This document shows, in pieces, positions 18,890-29,248 of a DNA stretch of 64,000 nucleotides (positions are counted from its first letter, which is position 1; every line of letters starts with the position of its first letter). The position numbers and the translations under genes are program-made. The DNA is taken from IMG/VR virus record IMGVR_UViG_3300034065_000151, positions 1-64,000 of that record. The stretch is one strand, 5' to 3'. Origin of the DNA: a virus (lineage: Duplodnaviria > Caudoviricetes). Under the pieces are notes generated by a model that saw nothing but the letters and a program-made list of their open reading frames with translations, made no database searches and was not told the origin of the DNA.

Positions 18890-19333
18890 TTATCCCTTGG
18901 CGGAACCTGCTGGAGGAGATGGTGGTGATAACGGAGTATCTGCAATTGGTGATTGTACACCATATTTTGCAAGGATAAATTTACTGAAACCTTCTACTGA
19001 AGCAACATATGCCAAGTAAATAGAAAACATATCCCAATTGATATTATTTTGTAGTGTTAATCTTATAACAATAAATGTTGCTGTAAGGCCACCAAGTAGT
19101 TGTAAGACTTTTGTTGTTGATACTTTAACCTTACCAGTAACTTGGTCAATGTTAGTGATCATATCTAACCAGCTTACTTGTGGAGCTTTATGAATAATAT
19201 ATAAAGCATATACAGCAAGTACAAGCATTATGCAAAGTATAATTACAAAAACATCAACATTATATCCGAAAAATGGAACAATTGTTAAAAGATTGATTTG
19301 CCCGGTTGCTGCTGGGATTACGGGAAGTGTCAT
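18890..19333 (-). CDS. membrane protein, possibly holin-like
   Basis: Three hydrophobic helices; function not established. Confidence 0.5.
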   Translation of the reverse strand: MTLPVIPAATGQINLLTIVPFFGYNVDVFVIILCIMLVLAVYALYIIHKAPQVSWLDMITNIDQVTGKVKVSTTKVLQLLGGLTATFIVIRLTLQNNINWDMFSIYLAYVASVEGFSKFILAKYGVQSPIADTPLSPPSPPAGSAKG

Positions 19334-19344
19334 GGTGTTGCCCT

Positions 19345-19352
19345 AATAAATA
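19345..19352 (+). promoter_or_regulatory. late-promoter-like AATAAATA
   Basis: TAAATA core about 30 nt upstream of the only plus-strand gene. Confidence 0.45.
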
Positions 19353-19383
19353 TATATTAATGATATTATATTTAAGGAATTTT

Positions 19384-20013
19384 ATGAAAATGGTTGATAT
19401 TCACATGATTGATCGTGGTTCTTATCCAGAAGCAGCAAGACAGAGAGAATTAATACAACACCCATTAGTCCAATTCCAAGAAGGGGTTTATGTTCTAGAT
19501 AACATAAGAGAAGCCAGATACTTATCTTATAGTAAAGGCACATGCCCATATGTTTCATGGATTGATGATGATGATGAAGTTTTAGATATAAGCTGGTTAG
19601 ATGAAGCCATTGAGATATTAGAATCCAATCCTAAAATATCAGCAGTCTATCCAAGATATGTAATATATGAACATGGTAAAGTTAGAGAAACATTACCTAT
19701 ACAGGATCCATGGAATAAGAATCTACATCGAAAATCATGTCCAGTTGCTCACCACTTAACAATAATGAGACGGGAACAAGTAATGGCTATTCAGGAATTA
19801 TATAAAGATCATCCTAAGATGAATAGAATGCCAGATATGATATTAACACAAACTTTATTACGCTATGGTGTTTTACATCCAATTTCTAATATTGCTTATA
19901 AATGGATATTAAGGGATAACTCATCCCGGTTAACTAATGATGGTAAAGCAGTAAATCATTGGGCAAACCAATTCACCTGTGAAACTTACCGTTTACATTC
20001 GTTACTGACCTGA
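19384..20013 (+). CDS. GT-A fold (family 2-like) glycosyltransferase
   Basis: EARY..Y..G..PYVSWIDDDD (DxD motif); AAGGA RBS before ATG 19384. Confidence 0.75.
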   Translation: MKMVDIHMIDRGSYPEAARQRELIQHPLVQFQEGVYVLDNIREARYLSYSKGTCPYVSWIDDDDEVLDISWLDEAIEILESNPKISAVYPRYVIYEHGKVRETLPIQDPWNKNLHRKSCPVAHHLTIMRREQVMAIQELYKDHPKMNRMPDMILTQTLLRYGVLHPISNIAYKWILRDNSSRLTNDGKAVNHWANQFTCETYRLHSLLT

Positions 20014-20265
20014 TACAGAAACTGGGAAGGTTGAAGTTTCAACCCCATTAATAATTGTTAAGCCATTAGCAACTTGTACCGGGAATGATGCTACTTCAAC
20101 ACTTTGAATTATATAAGCACCACCGCCCGATTGAACTGGGAATGATGATACTGCTGGAGCAATTAATAAAGCCCCAGCATTTCCTGCCTGAACAGGAAAC
20201 ATAAAATCAATAGTATTCGCTTTCTGTCTATCACATGAAAGTACACCAGTTATAGCTGCAAACAT
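20002..20265 (-). CDS. small protein with four FPV(Q/S) repeats, probably virion-associated
   Basis: About 19-20-aa periodic FPVQ repeats. Confidence 0.55.
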   Translation of the reverse strand: MFAAITGVLSCDRQKANTIDFMFPVQAGNAGALLIAPAVSSFPVQSGGGAYIIQSVEVASFPVQVANGLTIINGVETSTFPVSVSGQ

Positions 20266-20853
20266 TTAGAATGTCCAAGAAGTTGGGAATTGAATTTTAA
20301 AATTCACAATACGATATTGTTGCCCAGTAATGATATTAGTATCGGGAAGTTCTAAATCCATACCAGAACCCGTAGCACCAACTGTTCCAACGATTTGATG
20401 AATGATTGGATCTAATTGAATTCCATAAGCATCATTAGTACAGATAGCTGTCACTAACCAAAACCAAGTAACTGTACCAGAAGCAAGAGCACTCTTAAAA
20501 TGGGTTTCAATCACAGCAGGATTTATAGTTGTTTGTGTTGGTAAAAAATCTCCTTCTGGATTAGTAGTACCATCCATTGTGGTGAAGGTGGCAAGAATAT
20601 CAGTAGAACGTGAACTAACAGAAGTAAGTGTTGTTAAGTCAGTTGGTACGGTTCCCTGCATTAAATGTAAATAAGAAACTTCAGCATATGGACCAAGATT
20701 ACCATTTGAACCACCATTTAGTATACCAGTTAAATTTGGAGAACCATACGCCCAGGCACCACTTTGATCAGCAGCTCGGTTAAAATGTACATTCAACATA
20801 CGACCTGGAATCACTGCTGCAAGGTCTGGACTCATTTCTAAAAAATTACTCAT
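20266..20853 (-). CDS. putative virion structural protein (paralog of next gene)
   Basis: GTVP..A.ASGTVTWF..G.VGA.GSG.DL.L..TNI..GQ. Confidence 0.6.
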   Translation of the reverse strand: MSNFLEMSPDLAAVIPGRMLNVHFNRAADQSGAWAYGSPNLTGILNGGSNGNLGPYAEVSYLHLMQGTVPTDLTTLTSVSSRSTDILATFTTMDGTTNPEGDFLPTQTTINPAVIETHFKSALASGTVTWFWLVTAICTNDAYGIQLDPIIHQIVGTVGATGSGMDLELPDTNIITGQQYRIVNFKIQFPTSWTF

Positions 20854-20854
20854 A

Positions 20855-21340
20855 TCATACTCCCGGTACAAAGTTGGTTAAAATACTAGCATCTAAAACA
20901 GAAACTGGAGTACCAGCCACAAATGTTGTAGATTCAAATCTAATAATACCTGTACCTGTTGTATCTGAAACTGGTACAACAAAAAACAAACTGGTTGGGA
21001 TAACACTACCAGATAACTGTGATGCATTAACGTCCATATTACACCATAGGATTGCCCAGGTTGCAATACCTGAATAAGCAGGGGTTGAAGTTGGATAGGT
21101 TGCTACTTGTGCTAAGCTACTTCCTACTGGTTGTGTTTGCCAAATACAACCATTGAAATGTGCTAAACAATTTGCATTACTACTTGTGTAGCTTGCCCAA
21201 TTTGTAATAATATCTGCAGCTGCTGGTTGAGTACCAGAGTAAACAGTAATTGCAGTATTATCATTGGATGGCGAAAGTATTGAAGAAATACCAGAAGTCG
21301 TCATTAATTTTGTAATACTTGTTGAGAATATAAGTGCCAT
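20855..21340 (-). CDS. putative virion structural protein
   Basis: VYSGTQP..SGIATWAIL..GTGIIRF.ST.F.AG. Confidence 0.6.
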   Translation of the reverse strand: MALIFSTSITKLMTTSGISSILSPSNDNTAITVYSGTQPAAADIITNWASYTSSNANCLAHFNGCIWQTQPVGSSLAQVATYPTSTPAYSGIATWAILWCNMDVNASQLSGSVIPTSLFFVVPVSDTTGTGIIRFESTTFVAGTPVSVLDASILTNFVPGV

Positions 21341-21352
21341 AATTTTCCTTGA

Positions 21353-24274
21353 TTATCCTAAGTGACCTTCAATGTCCCATTGATTCGGGCCAACTTTTAT
21401 TAGTGTTACTTTTGTATATTCACCTGCAGTAATAAGTGAACTTGGAGTATTAATTGTTACCCCAACATCAGGAACAAATGTAATAACTCCCTGAGATGCT
21501 TGGGTTACTAATGCAAAACCACCAATTGGCATCGGGCCTGGATTAGCTGGATTATAATCATTCATCCAATACTGATCAGTACCTGGCCAAAATGAATCAG
21601 CTCTTACTGTAACAGTAACTGGTGGATTACCAACACCAAGACGTAAATGAGCATTGTGATGAGCAGATGATCCGAAATCAAAAGCTAAAACTGGCGGTTC
21701 CATTTGATTCATTGGTGCAGGTGCAATTATTGGATCTTGCCATGTTGGTTGATTACCAACACCACCTGACATCATAAGTGTACCAGTATCACCTGGATCA
21801 CCAGCTAATTCAAGTTCACCAGCAGCAGTAATTGTCATACGAGTATATGGATTACCATATGAATCATAACCAGCAACTATATTAACATTACCATTACCAC
21901 TTTGACCGACATTATTAAAACCACCACTTAATGTTAAATCGAAATTACCATATTCACTAGCAGCTAAACCAGTAACATTACTAACAGCAAGGGTATCACT
22001 TGAAACATTATAGGTAAATGCTGAAGATGAAGTAATACCTGTACCATTACCAAATACAACTTGTTGATCTGGCATTGCAACAGTAGGGTCTGGAAGTGTT
22101 GTCCAGATAACACCAGCTTGTTGTTGTGGACCATATTCAGTTACAGGAACTGGTCCTTGTGACATTAAGAATTGACCAGGAGTACCAACTGAACCGGTTG
22201 TATCAGTCACACTATCATCACTGTTCATTGAGACAAGTATACCAGCTGCAACAGTAGGTGCATAAAGATACTGACCAGATACACTGTATATAAAGTTTGG
22301 ATCAGATGTAATTCCAGTACCAGCTTGATTACCAAAAACAACTTGCTCTGATTGGATTGCAATATTTGGTACTGGTAAAGTTGTCCAGTGTACTGAAGTA
22401 CCATTACCGGTTGAAGTAAGAACTTGACCGGCAGTACCTTCAGATGAATTTGCAAGAATACTACCATCAGCCTGTAATGTTAATTTAGAACCAGTGCTTA
22501 AACCATTTGCTGTTAGTTGACCAGTCATGGTATCACCAGCTTTATTAACTGGTACATAACCTAATGCAGTAACCACTTGACTGAATGTAAGACCTGGAAG
22601 TGATGCCCAGTGTGGAGTATTACCTATACCTTGTGATGTAATAACTTGACCTGCATTACCAGAATCGCCTTGAATCCACCAATCACCTTGTGTAGTAATA
22701 GTAAGACGGTTTAATGGATTTTGATAACTATCATAACCAGCATTAAAATTGATATTACCACTTGGTCCACTATTATTAAATCCACCACTTATATTTAAAT
22801 CAAAGCTACCATATGGATCAGTACTTAAACCTGTAATATTTGTTACACCAAGAGTATCAGTATTTTGATCATAGATGAAACTTGCAGTTGAAGTTGTTGT
22901 TGTACCAGTGCTATCACCATATATAATTTGACCATTAGGTGCAGCTGTAGTAATACTAGCAGGTGGTAAGGTTGTCCATGCAACTGAATTAACACCAAAG
23001 GAGGTTAATACTTGACCAGAGGTACCAACAGTTCCACCAGCAGTAATAGAACCAGTAGAATTTAATAACAATACCGAATTAAGATTTAATGATGGTACTG
23101 TTAAGTTACCAGTCATTGTATCACCAGACTTATTAACCTTGGTGATAATCTCAGAATTTAAAAGTGAAACCTGACCTTCAAGGGTTGGGATTCTTAGGAA
23201 ATCAAGTGCAGCAAGATAACCATCACTAACAGGAGATGATTTAGTAATACTGACTATTGGGGTATTAGGAAAACCGGTAACAGTAATTGGAGCAGTACTG
23301 GAAACATATTGAACGCCAACTGATTCACCAATAACAGCCACATCAGTTTCCCAATCAAAACCGAGAAGTATGCTTTGTGCGCCAACGATAGTTCCGACAT
23401 TAACATATTTTAATACACTTGGCTTATCAGTAGTTACTTGACCAGTACCATCACAATATACAATTGTGCCCCAAATGCTTGGGTCCCATGACCACTGTTG
23501 ATTAACAACAATACGACCACGAGTAATAATATCAACAGTACCATTTTGTGCGACAGCTTGGGTAACCATACCGATCGGAGCTTTTGCAGTATCATATGGT
23601 GGAACACTTGAAGCAAGTGCTGCCTGACCATTAAGAAGATAGACTAAAGAGAATGCTGGAAGATTTTCAAGTGCTTGTACTGTTACTTGGGCATTTTCAA
23701 GTTTAACTAAACTACCAGTACTATTTGAAACTACTGGACTATCTGTTGTTAATAAGTTACCATTATTATCTCTGAAGATACTACCATAACCATCAGTGAG
23801 TACGAAACCACCAGTGGAATTTGGATTGTTTAAACCGACTTGAGAAGCAAATGGAGCTTGAACAATGATACTACCATTTTGAAGTGTACCAGCAAAGACA
23901 CGAAGAACCATAGTCCAACGAGTACCATCCCAGACATTCATTGTGTTATTAGCAGTATCCCACCACATCTGACCAATGGCCGGAGATAATGGATGAGTTG
24001 CAGCAATGACAACTTGGTATGGAGTTGAACCGCGAGTAATAGAACCGTTTACTTGGTTAATTTCCCAGTAAAGGTATTGTGTTGTATTTCCTGTGAATGG
24101 ACCCCAAGCATTACGAACAATGCTATATTCACCGATTATATAGTTTACTGATCTATTAGCAATGGTTGCTAAGGTAGGAACCGGTCCTACTACTAAATCA
24201 ATAAAATTGTTTTGGCCCTGTTGTAAGAAATTGGCTTGAGTAGATAAAAGCCCCTGTCTGTAAGAAATTCTCAT
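21353..24274 (-). CDS. tail fibre/fibre-like virion protein
   Basis: VNK.GDTMTG x2, repeated G..GQV.TS.G....W..LP, Gly/Thr/Ser-rich. Confidence 0.8.
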   Translation of the reverse strand: MRISYRQGLLSTQANFLQQGQNNFIDLVVGPVPTLATIANRSVNYIIGEYSIVRNAWGPFTGNTTQYLYWEINQVNGSITRGSTPYQVVIAATHPLSPAIGQMWWDTANNTMNVWDGTRWTMVLRVFAGTLQNGSIIVQAPFASQVGLNNPNSTGGFVLTDGYGSIFRDNNGNLLTTDSPVVSNSTGSLVKLENAQVTVQALENLPAFSLVYLLNGQAALASSVPPYDTAKAPIGMVTQAVAQNGTVDIITRGRIVVNQQWSWDPSIWGTIVYCDGTGQVTTDKPSVLKYVNVGTIVGAQSILLGFDWETDVAVIGESVGVQYVSSTAPITVTGFPNTPIVSITKSSPVSDGYLAALDFLRIPTLEGQVSLLNSEIITKVNKSGDTMTGNLTVPSLNLNSVLLLNSTGSITAGGTVGTSGQVLTSFGVNSVAWTTLPPASITTAAPNGQIIYGDSTGTTTTSTASFIYDQNTDTLGVTNITGLSTDPYGSFDLNISGGFNNSGPSGNINFNAGYDSYQNPLNRLTITTQGDWWIQGDSGNAGQVITSQGIGNTPHWASLPGLTFSQVVTALGYVPVNKAGDTMTGQLTANGLSTGSKLTLQADGSILANSSEGTAGQVLTSTGNGTSVHWTTLPVPNIAIQSEQVVFGNQAGTGITSDPNFIYSVSGQYLYAPTVAAGILVSMNSDDSVTDTTGSVGTPGQFLMSQGPVPVTEYGPQQQAGVIWTTLPDPTVAMPDQQVVFGNGTGITSSSAFTYNVSSDTLAVSNVTGLAASEYGNFDLTLSGGFNNVGQSGNGNVNIVAGYDSYGNPYTRMTITAAGELELAGDPGDTGTLMMSGGVGNQPTWQDPIIAPAPMNQMEPPVLAFDFGSSAHHNAHLRLGVGNPPVTVTVRADSFWPGTDQYWMNDYNPANPGPMPIGGFALVTQASQGVITFVPDVGVTINTPSSLITAGEYTKVTLIKVGPNQWDIEGHLG

Positions 24275-24339
24275 TTACTGTCCCTAAAATTAGAAGAATT
24301 GTATATGAGATATTTATTAAATTAGGGGCGTTCGGGATA

Positions 24340-24588
24340 TTATCCTACCAATTTTTGTTTCAAAGCATCGAAACCACCAATAAGTGTATCGCCTTCGAAA
24401 ATTTGCGGAACCGTTCGGGCTCCTGGTACTTTAGATTGTAATTCTGCTACTGAATAATAGTCACCTGGTTCTGATTTAGTTTGTCCAACATCAAGGATTT
24501 TCTCACTATAACTAAGTCCCTTTTGTGTTAAAAGTTCTTTAGCACGATCACAATAACTGCAGCTCTCTTTTGAATAAATTGTATACAT
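24340..24588 (-). CDS. glutaredoxin
   Basis: CSYC, TVPQIF, IGGF. Confidence 0.93.
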   Translation of the reverse strand: MYTIYSKESCSYCDRAKELLTQKGLSYSEKILDVGQTKSEPGDYYSVAELQSKVPGARTVPQIFEGDTLIGGFDALKQKLVG

Positions 24589-24605
24589 TTAGTCTCCTTA
24601 TAAAA

Positions 24606-24626
24606 TGGGAGGTTTAAGGCCTCCCA
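24606..24626 (-). terminator. putative intrinsic terminator/hairpin
   Basis: TGGGAGG/CCTCCCA stem after the RNR stop, followed by TTTT. Confidence 0.5.
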
Positions 24627-24634
24627 CTATTTAT

Positions 24635-26614
24635 TTAAATTTCACAACCGCCGGCTGTACAAGCAAGCATTTGTGCACCTTCAACATTATCCTCAATTTC
24701 GATAATACTATCCCAGTCAGGATCAGTAGGCATTTTATCCATAAGTTCATTGTATTGTTTTTCAGTACAATCTTCATATGGTGCTTGCTTGTAGCTACCA
24801 CCATCGTATGGAAGGAATGATACACCAGACATTTCATCAAAGTGTTCCCAAACGAATGCACCAACAGCTGGCCATTCTTTTTCACTAACTGAAATAGTTA
24901 CTGAAGGTTTGTGTTCACAATAATGACGTTGATATACTAACCATAATTTTAAATGTTGAATAGCAGTTAATTGTTCACGAAGTAAAGCACCGTGTGGAGC
25001 TTTTTTCGGGAATGTAAAGATGGTTGTATGATTTGGTTTAGTAACATCGGGTTCATGTGGAATACCAGATTCAATCATAAACTTTGTCAACGGGTCTTTA
25101 TTATCGGCACGAACACGACGGAAATAATATACTGCATGACGTGGATGTAAACCAGAAGCTGAATCAACTAATTGTGAAACAGTACCTGATGGTTTAACTG
25201 CAGTAATAGCAGTACTCTGTTGGATACCAAGAATTTCAGAGAATTCAAGATTGACAGCAACACAGTGTGCTTTGATTGCTTCTAAGCGTGCAGGAAGATC
25301 TTTATCATCTGGATTATTGAAATTTGCATTATCCAGAATACCAGTCATTGAAACACCAAGCAAACGTTCTTGTTCAGTATTATCTTTCCAAATCTTACGA
25401 AGATATGGGAAGTGTGTTAATGTAGATTGGTAAGTTCCCATGATTGCAGCAATACGAGCTTTACGTTTAATGCTTTCAACTGTATCATCTGAACGAACAA
25501 TAATTTCAGTAAGGTTACAGAATTGATATGGACGCAAGATAATTTCCGAACATGGATTAGTACCAAAGTCAAAATCTGGATTACGACGACCATTCATCTT
25601 AACTACATTTTTAGCGGCTTCACGATTGAAGATACCACGTTCACCTGATTTAGAATCATACAATGAAAGCCATTCACGTAGGAATGTACCAACATCTGGA
25701 CGTTCAGTATAACAAGCTGAGTTATTGGCAAGAGCACGTTGACCTTGGGTTTCATACCAAGCACCAGCTTTTGCATGGCGAAGACGATCATCTGAAAGGT
25801 TAGATAATGAAATCATTGCAGAACGGCGAACACCACCAACAACTACAACTTCACCAATCTTACACATGATATCATGGCATTCAAGACTGTTCAATTTACG
25901 ACCTGCTGCGGCTTTGAAAGTCTTAACAGCAAATTTAAATAATTCTACTAATGGTTCTGGACCTGATGCACGACCACCAAAGGTTTTTAAACGAGCACCT
26001 GCTGGACGTACTTTAGACACATCCCATTGTGGGGCTTCACCAGCATAGAGCATTGCCAAGACTTGACGAAGGGCTTTTGCCCAACCTTCTTTTGAATCTG
26101 ATACTACAATAGTGGTTTCACTATCATAAACTTTTTCTGGGATTTCAGGAAGTTTATTTACGTATTGACGTTCAACTGAGAAGCCAACGCCTGTACCTGC
26201 AAGTAAAATATACATTGCTTCATCAAAGGCTTTTGGATCATCGATTGGAAGATATGAACAGTTATATCCACAAGTGTTATCACGGTTCAAAGCTTTACCT
26301 GCGGTCATCAATGAACGCATTGATGGCATTACTTCAAAGTTTTCAATAGCACTAACAATTTCAGCACGAGTTTCTGCTGGGATAGTATAGTTGTGTTTTG
26401 CCAATAAATGAGCATCCATAAACTCAATATAACGAGCAACTGTTTCTGACCAATTTTCTCTACGTTTTACTGGATCTAAATAACGAGCATAACGAGATTT
26501 TGCAATATATGTTTCATATAATTTATTTTGTTTGTCTACCGTGGTTGCTGTTGGCATGCCCACTTCTTCTCCTGTGGTAGATACTTCTTTTACTACTTGT
26601 TCTAATCTAGTCAT
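24635..26614 (-). CDS. nrdJ: ribonucleotide reductase, class II (B12-dependent) type
   Basis: YNCSY, GTGVGFS, GGVRRSA.ISL, TNPCSEI, KPSGTVS, C-terminal CTAGGCEI; no beta subunit adjacent. Confidence 0.85.
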   Translation of the reverse strand: MTRLEQVVKEVSTTGEEVGMPTATTVDKQNKLYETYIAKSRYARYLDPVKRRENWSETVARYIEFMDAHLLAKHNYTIPAETRAEIVSAIENFEVMPSMRSLMTAGKALNRDNTCGYNCSYLPIDDPKAFDEAMYILLAGTGVGFSVERQYVNKLPEIPEKVYDSETTIVVSDSKEGWAKALRQVLAMLYAGEAPQWDVSKVRPAGARLKTFGGRASGPEPLVELFKFAVKTFKAAAGRKLNSLECHDIMCKIGEVVVVGGVRRSAMISLSNLSDDRLRHAKAGAWYETQGQRALANNSACYTERPDVGTFLREWLSLYDSKSGERGIFNREAAKNVVKMNGRRNPDFDFGTNPCSEIILRPYQFCNLTEIIVRSDDTVESIKRKARIAAIMGTYQSTLTHFPYLRKIWKDNTEQERLLGVSMTGILDNANFNNPDDKDLPARLEAIKAHCVAVNLEFSEILGIQQSTAITAVKPSGTVSQLVDSASGLHPRHAVYYFRRVRADNKDPLTKFMIESGIPHEPDVTKPNHTTIFTFPKKAPHGALLREQLTAIQHLKLWLVYQRHYCEHKPSVTISVSEKEWPAVGAFVWEHFDEMSGVSFLPYDGGSYKQAPYEDCTEKQYNELMDKMPTDPDWDSIIEIEDNVEGAQMLACTAGGCEI

Positions 26615-26625
26615 TAAAATTCCTG

Positions 26626-27198
26626 TTAAATTTGTGATAAAGAAAATGCTGTTACTTCATTGACTCGGCGTAACCAACCATTTAAAAATTGTGCATCTGA
26701 TGGTGTGGTTTCAACGATTGTGTGATATCGAGCAATTCTAATTGTGGATAAAGTATTAATTAAAGTTGCTGGGTCTTGCGGTGTTACTAAAGCTAAAGTG
26801 GCTGGTCCAACTAAACCATCAATTGGGTTTGCCCCAACTGCTTGCTGTAGAATTTTACCTGCACGTGGTACACCATTGTTGACACAGGTGTCAAAATGGA
26901 ATATACATAATGGACTGGCCATCTTGTCACATGAACCTGCTAACCAATAGTGAGTATAATAAATTTGCATTGCACTATTCAAATCTAGATTAGCAACATC
27001 TACACTTGGATTTTCACTTAATGCAATACCAAATTTAGTTAAGCCACCAGCATCGCCGGCAGTATTGGTATAGCCACATTTATGTGGAGTATTAACATTA
27101 CCTGAAATAGTATCTGGATCATTTGGATTCCAATCACTACCTACTTCATATTTCATGGCATTATTAAAAGAGGTTACAAAGTTGGTATCGAATGTCAT
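26626..27198 (-). CDS. GH108-family lysozyme with peptidoglycan-binding domain (endolysin)
   Basis: D.GG.TKFGI, IYY..YW, FD..VN.G, LQ.AVG..DG.VGP.TL, FL.GWLRR. Confidence 0.88.
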   Translation of the reverse strand: MTFDTNFVTSFNNAMKYEVGSDWNPNDPDTISGNVNTPHKCGYTNTAGDAGGLTKFGIALSENPSVDVANLDLNSAMQIYYTHYWLAGSCDKMASPLCIFHFDTCVNNGVPRAGKILQQAVGANPIDGLVGPATLALVTPQDPATLINTLSTIRIARYHTIVETTPSDAQFLNGWLRRVNEVTAFSLSQI

Positions 27199-27240
27199 AT
27201 AGCGTTCCTTATAGTTTTGTTATATACTAAGATCAATTGG

Positions 27241-27750
27241 TTATGAGAAAATATCACCAACTATCTTATCAGATAGGTATTTATAAAGATCGTGAGGACC
27301 GATGACAACTGAGAGAGCAACTTGTTTTCCGATTCCTTGAGACGGACCAACAGGATGTACTAGTGCCGTACCTTTTCCAATCATTGGATGAATTAATGAC
27401 ATGCTATCGCAATAATCAAGCACCATAATGTCTAAAGTACGTAGTTTCAACTCGTCTTTTGCAAAAACAAAAGCGATGTGTTTTGTTGCTGCACATGATT
27501 GTATATTGACAGTATCTAATTGAAAGGTGTCTCTATCCGTAACTAGAATATTCCAAGTGGCAGGAATCCAAAATTCAGAATTATTAATTCGAACTTTAAC
27601 AGCTGCACCAGTAGTTTCTTCAAGGTAGAGAATGGGGAGGAGGGTAAAATCTGTATCGATTCCACGGAACATCCAACAGTGCTTAATTACTATTGGAGCT
27701 GTCAAAGAATCAACAGAGAATGGAATTGCGAAGTCTGGTAGGACTAACAT
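27241..27750 (-). CDS. beta-rich hypothetical protein
   Basis: 169-aa ORF with its own promoter. Confidence 0.6.
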   Translation of the reverse strand: MLVLPDFAIPFSVDSLTAPIVIKHCWMFRGIDTDFTLLPILYLEETTGAAVKVRINNSEFWIPATWNILVTDRDTFQLDTVNIQSCAATKHIAFVFAKDELKLRTLDIMVLDYCDSMSLIHPMIGKGTALVHPVGPSQGIGKQVALSVVIGPHDLYKYLSDKIVGDIFS

Positions 27751-27784
27751 GTTTCTTTTATTCCTTAATTTATATTATGTATCT

Positions 27785-27813
27785 ATTATACCACAAATTG
27801 TAACCAAATGCAA
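27785..27813 (-). promoter_or_regulatory. sigma70-type promoter
   Basis: TTGCAT-17-TATAAT; spacer contains GTTACAATTT. Confidence 0.65.
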
Positions 27814-27817
27814 CATA

Positions 27818-29248
27818 TCATTTGATTGATTTGTAAACTTTGATAACTTGTTTCTTGAGTACTGGATATTTTGCTTCTGCATAATGCTTTAATCTTTCTT
27901 TAGCATGCTTCTTGGCATACTTCAATTTAGAATGAATATCAACACAGCGGGCTTTTGTTTTATCACGGCCAATACGCATTGAACGTCCAAGCCCTTGAAT
28001 ACATTTAACAAATGATTTGCCTGCATCAACAAAGACTAAACAGAAAATACGATCGATAGAAATTCCTGTTGATGCAATACCAACAGTTGCAATAACGATT
28101 AAATCATCATGCTCCTCGAACATATCATAATGCTCTTTACGTAAATCGGATGAACTGTTACCATAAAGAAATACTGCACCTTTGATAAGAGCTGTTAACT
28201 TTTTACCAAACGATATATCATTGACAAGTACTAAAGTATTACCATTGGCTGCACATTCAGAAATAATAATATCAGCAATCATTTCTAAACGATCTGGTGA
28301 TTTTGCCAAGAATGATTTTTCAGCAGCATAATTTTCAAACTCTTCTATGACATAGGTTTCATTTAATTCAATTGGTTGAATCTCAACTTCTGCAAGATAA
28401 CCATTTGCAATTAACCATTCAGCCGGAATCTCTTTCAAGATAGGACCAATTGCAGAGAAGATTGCCATCTGATCACTTGGTGGTTTTGGCATTGTACCAG
28501 TTACACCAAAACGGAAAGCAATATGCTTACCATTTTCATTAAGTAATTTTTTAGCAACATCTGCCTTACAACCTTGGGCTTCATCCCAGATTAATGCAGA
28601 GAACTGTAATAGAATGGTTGGGTTGTATTGAATAGCTTGCCAGGAGGCCACAATGTGCTTGTGGTCCAAATCTTTATCCTCACCTGAATATATACCAGTA
28701 TCTAAACCGAGGCTCTCATAGGTTGCTATGGTTTGCCCAACCAAGTCTGCTGATGGAACAATAGTAATAACTTTACAACCTATTGAAGCATAGATATGAG
28801 AGATACCCGCAGTGATCATTGTCTTACCTGCAGCAGTTGCGGCAATAAGAATACCTGAACCCGCATCAACTAATGTATTGATAGCTTCAACTTGATACTC
28901 ACGGACAAGACATGGTTTACCACGGAATTGGATATTACCAAACATGTCAACTGATGCACGCATGGTTGGATTAGTGACCAGTTTACGGTTATCCTCGAGC
29001 TCAATATCATATCCCCATTTTTCAAGATGTGGAAGTATCTTATCAAGCAAGCGAATATAAGTTTTACCAGTCTTAGCATAGAATCTAACTTTACCATCCC
29101 AGCCACCAAATTTAAATGATGGATTGAAAAAATAACCTTCGGCAAAGAGACCGAAGGTATTATAAAGTGATTCTTGTTCTGAAGGGAATAAACCGGTGAT
29201 TACACAGTTAACTTCATCAGTTACTGTTATTTTACATTTTCTACTCAT
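27818..29248 (-). CDS. uvsW: UvsW SF2 helicase
   Basis: WDGK.R, REYQ, AATAAGKT, DEAQ, GVTGT, STGISI, QGLGR..R. Confidence 0.9.
   Translation of the reverse strand: MSRKCKITVTDEVNCVITGLFPSEQESLYNTFGLFAEGYFFNPSFKFGGWDGKVRFYAKTGKTYIRLLDKILPHLEKWGYDIELEDNRKLVTNPTMRASVDMFGNIQFRGKPCLVREYQVEAINTLVDAGSGILIAATAAGKTMITAGISHIYASIGCKVITIVPSADLVGQTIATYESLGLDTGIYSGEDKDLDHKHIVASWQAIQYNPTILLQFSALIWDEAQGCKADVAKKLLNENGKHIAFRFGVTGTMPKPPSDQMAIFSAIGPILKEIPAEWLIANGYLAEVEIQPIELNETYVIEEFENYAAEKSFLAKSPDRLEMIADIIISECAANGNTLVLVNDISFGKKLTALIKGAVFLYGNSSSDLRKEHYDMFEEHDDLIVIATVGIASTGISIDRIFCLVFVDAGKSFVKCIQGLGRSMRIGRDKTKARCVDIHSKLKYAKKHAKERLKHYAEAKYPVLKKQVIKVYKSIK

Noticed and set aside
27241-27750. Possible degenerate Hint-fold protein
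   Set aside because: Only a beta-rich impression; no N-terminal Cys/Ser or terminal HN motif.
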